Both the position numbers and the translations under genes were made by a program. A stretch of DNA of 64,000 nt from Camelus ferus (lineage: Eukaryota): assembly GCF_009834535.1 (NCBI RefSeq), contig NC_045704.1, positions 44,640,001-44,704,000 of the forward strand, read 5' to 3'. This document shows, in pieces, positions 24,458 to 36,560 of this stretch (position 1 is the first letter of the stretch; every line of letters starts with the position of its first letter). The notes beneath the pieces are model-generated. The model saw nothing but the letters and a program-made list of their open reading frames with translations, searched no databases and had not been told where the DNA came from.

Positions 24458-24590
24458 NNNNNNNNNNNNNNNNNNNNNNNNNNNNNNNNNNNNNNNNNNN
24501 NNNNNNNNNNNNNNNNNNNNNNNNNNNNNNNNNNNNNNNNNNNNNNNNNNNNNNNNNNNNNNNNNNNNNNNNNNNNNNNNNNNNNNNNNN
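24458..24590. other. Assembly gap (133 N)
   Basis: Run of N, followed by an (ATT/ACT)-like low-complexity tail. Confidence 0.99.
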
Positions 24591-27500
24591 ATTATTGTTA
24601 CTACTATTACTGTTAATTTCCTTGCTGCAAAGGCCCTTGGTACTGCTGGAGCTTCAAAGTTTCCTCCTTGTGTGGTTGGTTGCTTGACAAGGAACATGAC
24701 GTGCTAATCCAGATGAGGGGTGAGGATGGTGCAGGGATGCCAGGGCCTCCATCTCTGGGCAGGACTGTCTGTTGCGGGCTGCTCGTACAAGCCCAAGTGA
24801 GAGGCCTCTGCAGATGCCAAATGCAGGCAGAAGGGCCATAAAATTTTCAAAAAGAAACTTTCCATGGGAGCTATTAATGCATCATGTGGTTTCTGAGAAT
24901 AGGAACAGGCTGCAAGCAGCTCTGTGGCACTCCTTCAATCAGCCAGCCTTGGCATTTCCATGTCAGAACTCAGAAAGCCCAGATGAAGCCAATTCTTGCA
25001 TGACTGGAAAGAAAATCTCTAGCCAGGTTGGCGGTATACATGCCAAGGTGCCTGAACTAACCTGATATTTAAAATTGCAGTATCCCTGGGTCCCGTGGGG
25101 CACTTGCCCTGGGAGTGTGGGCTCCATCATAGGAGGGGGCTGAGTTTGAAGATCTGGCCACCCTGCCCTCTATGGCCTGCCATTCCAGAATCATCTATTG
25201 GTGACCAAAAAGGGGGCCATTAAGGGGAAGGCTGGATGGTGGCTCATACCTAAATCTATACCCAAGCCATCCTGAGCCGCATCTTCTCTCATCCTCATTT
25301 ACCATTGTCTGACACTCAAGAACCTGCCTGCAGCCAGATCTGTCTGTCTAGAGTCTGCTGGAAGCTGAGGCCCACAGGGCTCCCACCAATCCTGTGCCCT
25401 CAAAGGGGCTGGGCCCAGGGTTGGGGAGATCCTGAAGGGTGAGGGCTTCCTCCATGATGAAAATCAGGTCTGAGATTGCTCTGTCACAGGATCTGCTCCA
25501 CTTGGCACTGACAGGGCAGCGCCAGGGCAGTGCCTTAAGCGAGGCCCAAATCAGGAGCCCATGTGCCAACAGCTGAGCATCGGGATGGGCATGGGCCGCC
25601 TACCTCAAGGGCTCTGAGCCGGCCCGGGTGCTAAGCTCTGTGTCTGAGCATCGCCTCACAAACATCCAGAAGCAGGGGATCCTGGAACCCCCCAGCAGGT
25701 CACATCACCTGCCTCAGGTGATCCCTATGCTGTCTGCTGTGTGACTAGCTAAGGGCCAGCCCCCAACATGCACCTGGTTGGCCAGCACCACCTCCACCCT
25801 CAGGAGAGTCCCTCCTCATAGACATCAGGAGGAATCTCACTTCTCTCATGCTCTGCTGTTGAGGCTTCTGTCCCAGCAAAGTCCCTGCTTCCCTGACATG
25901 AGGGCTGATGTTAATGGTTCATGAGCTGAACAAGGCTTAGAACATAGTTTGCTTAAGAAGCAATGACAACATACTTTCTGTGGGAGTAGAACTTTAAATA
26001 CAAGTCCACACAAATGGCAGGATTTATGCAGACTCAGTGTTCAGCTGCGTTTCAAGTACAGCGTTTCCTCCTGGAATGGGTTGGCCTGCTGAACAGTGTG
26101 TAGGCATTTCAAGGCACCAGAGAACACAGATAAAGACAACAAACCTCCCTAAAACGGAACAGACTTGCTAAAATTCTTCCGAAGGGTATCATTTCACATT
26201 CAGCCTCAAGTCTTCTATGCAAAGAACATTTAACAAACCGAGTCCTGGAGGAGAATTTATGCAGAGATTAAAAAGCAAATCAGTGTGAATGAGTAAATAA
26301 AATCAGGCGTCAGCACCTCACCCACCCTCGTCACAGCACTGGGCAGTCAGCCGAGGGCTACATTTCTGCACCAAGACTGGATCTCACTCACCACTGAGGG
26401 CTGAAGCCCTTTGTCCTGGACCCTTTCAGAGACCTTGGACCCCAGGCCACTGCTACCCTCAGGTCCACAGTACCACAGGAGCCCTTGGCTCTGAGAGAAC
26501 CAGCCAGAAGACCCCATCCCCCTGAGAGAGGATGCCCCAGCTCAGGCTGAACCATGGACTGCTTGCTTGAGGAGGCCTCTGACCTACCTGTGGGGCTGTC
26601 CTGGGCCTGTTCCAGAATTTGTAACTGGGAGGGGATTGGGGCTGCTGGAGTCTGTTGCCCAGGGTTATGGGCCTCAGAGCTTCATTTGCATAGGATTGCG
26701 AATTAGTCATTCATCCTCAGCAAAGACCAGCAGGAAGACATCATGGGTCTGCAGCCCCCTAAGTTCCCTCTAATTGCTGCTACCAAACCTGCCTTCCAAA
26801 CCTGTCTTCTGAGGCTCTGGGTTCCAATTAACCCCTGGTCCTCTGGTAGTGGTGCATTGTCTACACCTGCTTTTGGCTGTTGAATCCTACATTTCTGAAA
26901 AGGGGGACAAGACCTCTTGGCTCTGGTCATGGAGACCACATGTCCCAGATTGCAAACGTAGACATGCTAGTATAGACCATGACACGTCTTTATTCAGGAG
27001 TGACTAACTTAAAAGATAAGCATGCTTTGTCTTCATGAAGATCTGGGTAGACTTTTCTTCCCTTTGTGTCCACATCTGCCTCCAAGCCTGAGACAGGACT
27101 CTTGCCTCACTTCCTCTGGCCCCAAGAGCAACAGGAGCATGCTTTCTAGGCATGAGGCAGGACTGTACCTCCCAGTCCCCTTCCAGTTGGGTAGGATCGT
27201 GTGGCCAACTCTGGCCCATGAGCTGTGAGTGAATGATGTGTGTCACTGCTGGGCCAGAGTACTTAACAGCAGATGTGAGACCTTCTAGAGTTTTCTTCTT
27301 CTGCCACGTTGACCTGGGTCCCTGGCTGAAGAGACATGGAGCAGGGCTCCAGCTAACCCACATGTAGTAACCCATCCTATCGAGACCAATAGAGGAAGGC
27401 TTCTGATTTGGCATTTAATCAGCCCATTTACTGAAAACAAACCTTCCTGATTGACAGCCCTTGGTTTCCCAGGAATATGGAGAGATCTACTGTCCAGAAC

Positions 27501-30409
27501 AGACTCTCTTCAAAAAGATCTTCACTTTAAATGATAATAATGATGTTCCTCTGCCCTGAATCCAAGCCAGATGAGTCACTAACTCTTTCCTATGCCCTCA
27601 ATGTATGGACTGAAAAATTGATTTCTGCTTTGTACCTGTGGTCCTCAGGACTCTGAGGCATCAGGGAGCTGAGCCTTAAAACTTTGATTTTTAGTAGAAA
27701 CACTTTCTGCTCAGATGAGAGGCTGTGGCTGGTGATATAGGTAGCAAGTAACTCCGTAGACATGGGGAAGTAAATCCACTGGAAACTTCTGCCAGGGATT
27801 GGTGTATGGGGTTGGTTCCAGGGGCCAAGCAGGGCCTGCAGGGGATGGGAGGAGGGAGACTCGAGGGTCCACTGAGGTGGACTGCAGGTTGAGGTGTAGT
27901 GAACAGCCTGTGCTTGATGCTCAGGGGTCAGAGCCAAGAGGCCAGGTGTGGTCAGGCTCTGCCAGGTTGTGCTGGCTGATGGGTGCCTGCCAGGGCTGGT
28001 CAGGGGCAGGGCCAGGGGCAGGGCAGCAGATGTCAAGCTGGGAGGCTGGGGGTGCCCAGCATCCATTCCCTGTAAGTCAGATGCAGCACTGAGACTGCTC
28101 GGGGTATTTCACAGCGAGGGGCCAAGAATTTCCAGAGGCAGAAACTTGCTTTCTAGGTGTGTATATTTGAATGTGGGGGTGTCCTCCTAGAGGGTATGGA
28201 GACAGAAAAGTGGTGGGTGGCGGGTGGAACAAGCAGTGAGCAAGGGAGGGAGGTGAGGCGGGGCGTCAGAGAGAGCTGAGGTTAGGCACTAGGGAGGCAG
28301 ATTCACTCAGGAAATCTTGCGGGCTAGGCTGTGCCTTTGATTGCCACAGTGACTGCCACATCCCAGACTGCAGGCCAGGAGGAGACACCGGGGGAGGAGC
28401 AGCTGTGGAAAATGGGCCTGAGAGGAGGATCCAATGCATTCAGTTAGAGTTCATCCCTAGTTGGGTTTGCTTAACTTAAATGCCTAGAATGTCCAGTTAG
28501 CATCCCACATCCACCACGCAGACCAGACTAGCCCAGAGTCTCAGAGTACTAAGAGCTTGCCTGTGCTGGCTGCATTCTGCGAGGGCTGACCCTCTGGCTG
28601 GCTGAGGGTCTGGGCAGCCACCCAGCTTGAAGCTACCTGCACCACCCCCACTGCCAGACAGAAGGTGGACAGGGTGTCTCACCAGACTTTCTGGTGAAGT
28701 TTCGGAAAGAAAATCTCCAGAACGGAGGTAAGCACCAATGAGAAAACAGTCTATGCAGTTTCAACCAGATTTGCTTTGAGAAAGAGGCTCAGCAGGAGTC
28801 TTAAGCTGCTTGATCCTCATCTGTCCCTCAGCTCTCTGCCCCATGGTCCTGGGCAACCATCCTTCTTGTTCCCTTCCTATCTTTGGATTGCTTGCTATTT
28901 CTCAGAGCCCCTTGTCCCCTCTTCTCTGGCCCGCCCCCGAGGAGCTAGAACTTCCCCTGCCTCTTCTCTTGATTGATCTTTCATGGTTCACCTGTCCCCA
29001 GGTGACAGCTAGCCCAGGTGTCTCTCCTGATCTCTGACCCCATGAATTGAACTGACAGCTCTCCACTTTCCCCTAAAAGTTTATCATTCCTCTTCCTCTA
29101 CTTCTCTAATACCAGCTCTGTCTCCTGCGTCCTCCTCGGACCCTGGACCTCATCCATACCCCAGCTCCTCTCACCAGCCGAGGGTTCTGCCTCCCTAACC
29201 CTCTGCATCCATTCCCACGGCCATGCCTAGTTCAAACCTCGCCCTCTGCCACCTAGACACTGCAACAGCCACCATCTGGTCTCCCTGCAACTGGCCTCCT
29301 CTCCTCTTGTCCACATAGCAGCTGCTGGCATCTTTCTAAACTACACATCGGACCACATTGCTCCCCTGCTAAACTCTTCAGTGCCCTTGTTGACCCCAAG
29401 AAGATGCACCTGGTAGGGAAGGACAGGAAAGGGGAGGCAAGGCCCAAGAGCCTGACAGCTCTGTGTCGCCTCCTATTGTTGGAGTCCCAGGGGCCCTTGA
29501 CCTGCACAGTTCCCCACTGCCCCCTTCTAGCCCTCCATGCCTTTCCTGAGGCTGTTTCCTCATCTGTGTGAAGGGATGAGGCCTCAGCAGAGGTGCTCAG
29601 GGTATGAAAGTCACAGTGATGGTCTCTTCAAACCTCAGCCAGTCCCCTCTCTGTGGCCCCAGGGGTAACTAGAGACCTTTGACCCAGCTCACATGGGCCA
29701 TTACTCTCTTGAGAGCTGGCAGTTTCTATGCATTAATTGCACATTTGCAGTCTGCACACCAGAAAGATGACCAACCTCCCACACTTTCAGATTTACTATG
29801 CTAGACACAGAACTGAGAGAGAGGAGGCTTGAGCAAAGTTGGCCCATCCCTCAAAACAAAGGGAGGGAGGACCTCATGTGTGTGGCCCTATGGGGTGTCT
29901 GCAGGACCAAAGGTCCTGCCCACCTGGCTGATACCAGCAGCCTTGAAACTCACTTACCCTTTTCAACCTCCAGTCCTGGGGGGGGCATGTGGGTTCTGTT
30001 TTTCTTTTGCAGGCACTCAGTATTTTATCCCATCATCTGACCCTACTTGTGTGTTGAACATGGTAGGCAGATAATAGGAACCCCTAAAGACTGGCTGACA
30101 AGTGTCAGCCCTGCCCCCTGCAGACCTGGAGTCCAGCTAGGGCAGCTTCAGCAATCCAGCTCATCTGGGACCACTGCAGCCTGCTCAGAATCTCAAACTC
30201 ATTTCCTCCCTCCCTTCCACTCTCTCTGTGAGGTGCGGCTCAGCTAAGAGCCAGTTTGTGGCAAAGACATGAGGGACACTAGAAATGAGCCTCAGAAAGG
30301 CACAACTAACAGATCCACCTTTTGGGACATCTGAGCAGATGTTGCACAGCACACACCTCACAGAATGTGCTCTTGACACCGATGGTACATTTACACTGTA
30401 CAGCCACCC

Positions 30410-30500
30410 CAAGCAGCTACTGTTGGCCCCATTTACAGATGAGAAAACTGAGACTCAGAAAAGTACAGGACAGTCCTTGAGAGATGTGGCCCTGTCACCA
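30410..30500 (-). mobile_element. MIR fragment
   Basis: cccatttacagatgagaaaactgagactcaga. Confidence 0.7.
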
Positions 30501-31128
30501 GAACCCAATCTTCCTTTCCTCTCTACCTTTCTCACCAAGGTTGATTACAAGTGCTATGCAAATATATTCAAAACATTGAAATGAGCACTATCCAGCACCA
30601 AGCCCCCCCTACCTCCAGGACAAGTTCCCCACACTATCCCCCTTGTCCTGCTTGTTCTTGCCCCTCATTTTCCACAAAACAAGATCCTCACCCTTTCTTT
30701 CCAGTCCCTGAAAGTTACATTTGTCACCCACTCCCACTGTGCCCTTGTAGTCTCCCTCCCTCCTTGTGGACTGCTGGCCTCATCCAGCTTCTCTTTTCTC
30801 TTTTGTTTTTCCATCCAGTCACCATCACCTAGGATCCCCAAATCTCCCTACCTCCAGCTTGGTGACCTCCCCAGAGACCATGAAAACATTTAATTTGCCA
30901 ATATTTGGGAGGGGCAGGTTCTTAGAATGGTCTTGCTGTCCTGGCTCCTGGACTGAGGTTCTCAGCTGTCAGGGGAATCATTGTGTTTCAGGTTTCTACT
31001 TTTATTCCAGTAGTTTGAATTAGTCTTTTGGGGATGGATTCAAGACTAGGAATTATGAGGTAAACTTTAAACTTCTGATCATGTTGCCAAACTGCTTTTC
31101 CACCAAGGTTGTTTGAGAGTGCCTGTTT

Positions 31129-31242
31129 GAGGTGGAGGGTATAGCTCAAGTGGTAGAGCACGTGCTTGGTATGCATGAGGTCCTGGGTTCACTCCCCAGT
31201 ACCTCCTCCTCATTGAAAACAAAACAAAACAAAACAAAAAAC
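31129..31242 (+). mobile_element. tRNA-derived SINE of the camelid Vic-like type, with (CAAAA)n tail and target-site duplication
   Basis: A-box TAGCTCAAGTGG, B-box-like GGTTCACTCC, A-rich tail. 13-bp TSD agagtgcctgttt (31116-31128) / agaatgcctgttt (31243-31255) with one mismatch. Confidence 0.85.
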
Positions 31243-31672
31243 AGAATGCCTGTTTCATAGCAGCATTACCAGCTCTGGGATTTAGCATTAAAAATAAAAA
31301 TTTATAATAGTTTAATGGGTAATGATATCTGATTACATTTTCCAAGATATTTAAATTATATTCCTTCATTTTTGAGACGTGCTGCTTCAATCCTTTTCCT
31401 CCTTTTTGAAGGAGTTTGTATTTTCTCCATAGATTTGGGTGTGTCAGACATAACCCCCTCCACTGGCATTGAACTACATTAGGGGGGGCTCAGAATAGGA
31501 CCAAACTGCCTGCCCCAGATTTCTTACCCCAGAGTTGTGTTTTCAAACTTTTTAATCAAGCAGCAGAACCTTTTCTCAAACTATCTCACCCAGCACCTCT
31601 TTATATAAAACATTAAGAGATAACCTATGAGGAGAAGCCTGGAACCCCCCCTTCCAGAAGTCCCTGTCCTAC

Positions 31673-31740
31673 CTGAGGAGGGGTCGTTGGGACCTTCTTG
31701 TTCCGTCTGAAGAGGGAGCACACAATGCAGAGTCAAGGAC
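31673..31740 (-). other. SMPD3: Candidate non-coding SMPD3 exon 2 (68 nt; 34 nt if the internal acceptor next to 31706 is used)
   Basis: Acceptor catttcctttcag, donor cag|gtagga. It lies 13.2 kb upstream of exon 3, similar to the mammalian exon 2 spacing as recalled. Confidence 0.65.
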
Positions 31741-31869
31741 CTGAAAGGAAATGAGCGGTTCACAGAGGTGTATGGAACTCCACAGCCACTGAGCAGCTCA
31801 GTGCAGGTGAGCCAGGTACAAAGATCAAAGGGCCCCACCTGCGCTGGAGGCACTGCCACACCCTCCACG

Positions 31870-32890
31870 TCGCCAAGGAGAGGGGGTGGGCCCGGCTGTC
31901 CCCACGAAGCCCAGCCAGAGGGGGTGGGGGCGGAGGTTTGTGCAACAAATCTAGAGAAGCCCGAGGAGTAGGAGGATTGACAGGTGGGGAGGACTCCGCG
32001 GGTGGGAGGCATGAGGCTTCCATGTGGACCCCTGGACCCAGGTCAGGCCAGAGAAGTGCGGGGTCGGGGGCAGAGAGAAGCGAATTCAGAGCTCTAGCAG
32101 CGGGGCCTGGGTTTGATCTGATAGGCGAAGCTAGAACAATCGGAGCTCTCCAGGAGCTTTGTGTGATCTCAGCCTTGCTAAGGTACCTGGGGGTGGGGGA
32201 GAGCTGAACCCAGACCCGGAAAGAGGGCCAGTGGCTACCGAGACGGGGGTGAGGTGCGGGGAGGAAGCCGCGTTGAGAGGAAGAACTGAGGGATTTTGCT
32301 GCAGATAAGGAGTAGGGTTAGACAGATCGGCGAGGGGAGACTGAGCGGGAACACTTCGTGAACTCGGTGGGGTCTTCGGAGGGGACGTTTGGGAGGACAC
32401 CCGTGTGAGTGGTGATCTTTGGACACCAAGGCACCGGTTCCCCACATTCCTTTCTAACCCAGTCCCAGGATCCGCTGGCCCAGTCACTCACTCTCCTGCC
32501 GGGGTTCTTAGGTCCGGTCTCTCTCTGGCCCCGCCCTTCTAGCCCCGCCCCCGGCCTCAGGTGCTGGACCCGCCTCCGATTTCTGGTCCGGGTCCCAGGG
32601 CCTCAATCACTGCCTGGCCCCGCCTCCTGAAACCTCGCCCCAGGCAGCTCTTTGGCCACTTCGCCTGGCCTCAAAGTCCTGCTCTTTAGTCCCGCCTTCC
32701 AGTCCCCAGACCCACCCCCGACTTTGCAGCCGAATCCTCCGGGCTTGGCCCCGCCCCCTGGACTCAGGTCCAGGAAGTTCAGCCCCCACGCCCAACCCCG
32801 TCTCTGCGCAGCCCATGACGAGCTCGTCGGCCCTCCACCGTCTCAAACCAGTTCTGCTGCCGGCCCAAAGCCCGTTTTACCACCTTCACA
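31870..32890. promoter_or_regulatory. CpG-enriched, GC-box-rich promoter-like segment in SMPD3 intron 1
   Basis: Visibly higher CpG density than the flanks. CCCCGCCC/CCCGCCT motifs at 32528, 32542, 32569, 32617, 32691 and 32748. Confidence 0.6.
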
Positions 32891-35061
32891 CTCCACGCAG
32901 GGTGACCGTTACTCCCCAGGGCCAATCTGGACCAGCCCATGTCCTCTATATACACTTATTTTGCAAATCACCCAAACTAAGCATTTCAGAAGGATCTGAA
33001 ATTTGAGTCCTAAGGGCTCTGTCCCGAAGCCAAAGATGTTGTGGAAGAGTTGAGGAGTGTCCTCACTTGGGAAACAGTTGGCGCCCTCCTGATCAGGAAT
33101 CCACTAGAAGAGCTCCAGTGAGACAAGGGTTCTAGTCAGCTGAAAGGTCTTGGGCAAGTCACTGAACCTCTGAACTTCAGATGCCCTCTCCCCTGTACCA
33201 CTGGGGGTCACTACAGGGTCTTGGATGGCCATGGCCAGGACCAAATGAGTACAGATCAGAGTGGGAAGAAGGAAGCCAGAGCCCATAGGTCCTCGGTCTA
33301 CATGCTCTACCTGAGTGGGCTTGTTTCCATGGGGACACCCTGCTTTATTTCCTCTGAGTTAAGGTTCTGCAGGCATCCCTCCCCACCCATAGCCTGGGGA
33401 GTCCAACCTGCTGAGAGGTCAGAGGGTGGCCTGCTGTCCTAGCCTCCAAGGCAGGCCTTGTCCCCTGTGCTTGGGACGCCTGCCTCCTCACCCTCAGTAA
33501 GCTGACAACCTGTATTCACAGTTGTCCTTCACTCTCTTGGTGGGCTGACCTGCCTCCTGGACCACAGGCTGGCAAGCATCTGAAAGTGACCGTAAAAGAA
33601 GCAGGCCTCTCTGGGGCTGTCCCAGCCTGTGCAACTCTCAGCCCCCACTTCCCTCTCCCAGAGTCCTCACCTCTCAATGAGAAATTTGCTAAGGAGGGTC
33701 TTTGTGCTCAGATATTCCCCAAACTATCCTCAGCTGCATAGCCTCTCTTCCTAACAAACTCTTCTGGAAAATCCCCTGTGTGTTTTTTCAAAATAGAATT
33801 AAAGTCCAGGAACTAACTATTTAGGGAGGGGTTCCTGAGGGGAAATGGAATCTCTGCAACCTTGAGATAACAGGACCTTTCCTTTTCTCAAAAGAAAAGA
33901 AAAACTTGTCAGATCATTGATATTCTGAGCCAGACCTTGTTTTGAAATATGCTCGCCTCTGTCCTTTAACAAACTACAGCCTTTCTCCCTCTTCGAAAAT
34001 AAGATCACATCAAATCAGGGATTAGAAATGGGAAAATTCAATCAGAGCCTCCCTCTGCCAGTTACACTTCTCAATACACTCCCAGGCGAGCAGAATCAGC
34101 TCCCGCTACAACCCAGCTCAGCATCATCATTCAACACGCACCGGTAGGAAATGGTGAAACAGAAGGACCTTTCATCCCAAGTGAGCGAGGCCTGCAGCAC
34201 TGCTCTCCTAGCTCTGGAAGCTGGCGGTGTCCCGGACCAGTGGAGTCTGGGCCTGTTGTTTAAATAGGCAGTGGGAGGGGGCAGGGCTGGCCTGGGGGGC
34301 GGGCATGGAAAGTGGGCCGTTTACCTAGCACAACAAGGCAGTGTCCGCCGAGCCAGCAGTGGTCCTAAGCACGCGCCTGCCTGCTTGTCCGCTATGAGCC
34401 TCAAGCCCACAGGCCCCTAGACCACAGACCAGCACCTGGGATGACCCTGATGGACGTGCAACTCTAAATGAGACCACATGCTCAGATGCATGGAGCTTGG
34501 TCCCGGTACCTGGATGCCTCTACCTGTCTTAAGGCATAGCCTGGGCAGCAGAACCAGCTATGGAGTTAGACAGACCTGCTCCCTAGACCAGTAGGTAGTG
34601 GCCCCAAGCAAGGCGTCTCTCCGAGCCTGTTTCTAGTTTCTTGAAATAAGGATAATAACACCTACTTCATAGGTCCAGAAATAATGTTTGCAAAGGGCCT
34701 CTCACCCAGGAGGTTGATTTTACTTATCCACATGGTGATGCTAGTGTCAGGTACCTTTAACAAGGTTTAAGCCCAGAGAGGTTTGGTAACATACATAAAG
34801 TCACACAGCCCTCCAGCTGAGTGTCAGGGTCAGACTTCATGCAGACCTGAGACTCAGATGAGTTGACAGAAGCCTCTTGAGGTGAGGGTGAGGAGCCATT
34901 GCTGGCCTTGGGGTAAGGTCTTGACTGAACTCTGGAGTTACCCCTAGATCCCCAATACCAAGGCAAGGGAAGAGGCATGGCTAGACAGGCATGCTGAGAT
35001 GGCCTGTCTGTGCATGTGGTTGGGACCTTGCAGTGGGGTGCAGAAGTACCCTAGAGTAACT

Positions 35062-35448
35062 ACTAGGGATGGCTGGTAAGAGGAGCTGCCCCCACACTCC
35101 TGCTAATTCATATATTGAAACCCTAATCCCCCCAGTGTGGCTGTATGTATAAATGGGGCTTTTATGGAAGTATTTAGATTACATGAGGTGATACGGGTGG
35201 GGCCCAATCCAATAGGATTAATGTCCTTATAAGAAAGACATCAAAGAGCTCCCACCACCTCCCACATTCATCGAGGAAAGACCGTGTGAGGGTTGCAAGC
35301 CAGGAAGAGAGACCTCTGTAGAAACCGAATCAGTCAGAACCTTGATCTTGGACTTCTGGCCTCCAGAACTGTTAAAAAAGTTAATTTCCTTTGTTTAAGC
35401 CACCCAGTCTGTGATATTTTGTTACGGCAGCCCTCACAAATTAATACA
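35062..35448 (+). mobile_element. MaLR solo LTR (MLT1A/B-like)
   Basis: Diagnostic segments ttgaaaccctaatcccc, gtccttataagaa, cttgatcttggacttctggcctccagaactg and the terminal gttacggcagccc...taataca. Confidence 0.8.
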
Positions 35449-35719
35449 AATGAATGGGATTAAGGGGTTGCTGGGGAGCATGAAAAAGGACCATGAGTGA
35501 ATTCAGAGGTTTCCAATTTAGGCAACAGTATGGGCACTGAAGTCATGCACTGGCCAGGGGTCAGGTTGGGGAAAGCAGGGTGATGGTATTGAGGGATATT
35601 TGCGTGGGTGTGACCATGTGGCAGCAGGATATTCAGACCCAGAAGTCAGAGAAGTCTGGGCTGGAGTAGGATTTGTGCATTATTAGGAGTGACTAAATTT
35701 CGTCAGATCACTTACTATT

Positions 35720-36560
35720 TTTTTTTCAGTTGGTCCATTCTCATTCCAGTGTCTTTTATATCAGCTTTTGTCTTTCTGTAAAAAGGCAGACATTCTCCTT
35801 TGCTTTTAAAAAGTATAATTGTGCACAGATTCTCCCCAATTTTTAAATGGCTTTGTTTCCTCCTACTTGTACAAAGCAAGTCTTGAGGAGCATAACTGAT
35901 GTGTGGTAAGAATACACGTGTGGTTAGAATTGCACATTTTTTCCTGAGGTTCATCTTTACTCTTGTGATACCAGTTCTCTTGTGATACCAGTTCTCTTGT
36001 CATTCTTGTCATTCCAATTTCAAAAGAACATATCTCCCTTCACTTCAGCTTGCCAGATAATTTATCATTCAGAAATTTAACTAGCAAATGTTTATTTCTT
36101 TCTGATGTTTATTTCCCTGAGAGTCAAACTCTAAAGGCACAGTGTGTGTACTTCAGTTCTAGGCCGAGCTGTCTTTTTTGCCTCTGGAAACTTTTCTTGT
36201 ATTATTTCTTTCCAGATGTTTCCCTCATCATATGCCTCTTCCCACTCACCTCTCTTTCTCCTGTTTTAGGACTGTGACACCATTTCCCATTTTCCAAATC
36301 ATTTGCATCTCTGTTTGCTTTGTGTCTCTGTTTCTGGTTTGATGTTTTATTTTATTGTCCACATCACTGCTTTCTTTTTTCTGTTGTTTCAGTTATACAA
36401 ACTACCACTTGCAGATGTATTTCAATTCTTTCACAGTCATGGAATTAAAGCCACTTTTGTTGTTCTGATCTGTTCCTGTTAGTAATCTTTTGGTCATTTA
36501 TTTCTTTCAAAGTAGTTATTACTTAGTACACCTTATTTGTTCTTGAGGCTTTGCAGATTC
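35720..36560. mobile_element. AT-rich old L1 (L1M/L1ME-like) fragment
   Basis: T-rich, CpG-poor tract with the composition of antisense L1. Family not resolved. Confidence 0.4.
35960..36000. repeat. 17-bp tandem repeat, about 2.4 copies
   Basis: ctcttgtgataccagtt twice, then ctcttgt. Confidence 0.9.

Noticed and set aside
24389-24707. ORFs spanning the N run
   Set aside because: Artefacts of the assembly gap.
31129-31205. tRNA-like sequence
   Set aside because: It lacks a complete cloverleaf and acceptor stem and has an A-rich tail and TSD, so it is a SINE rather than a tRNA gene.
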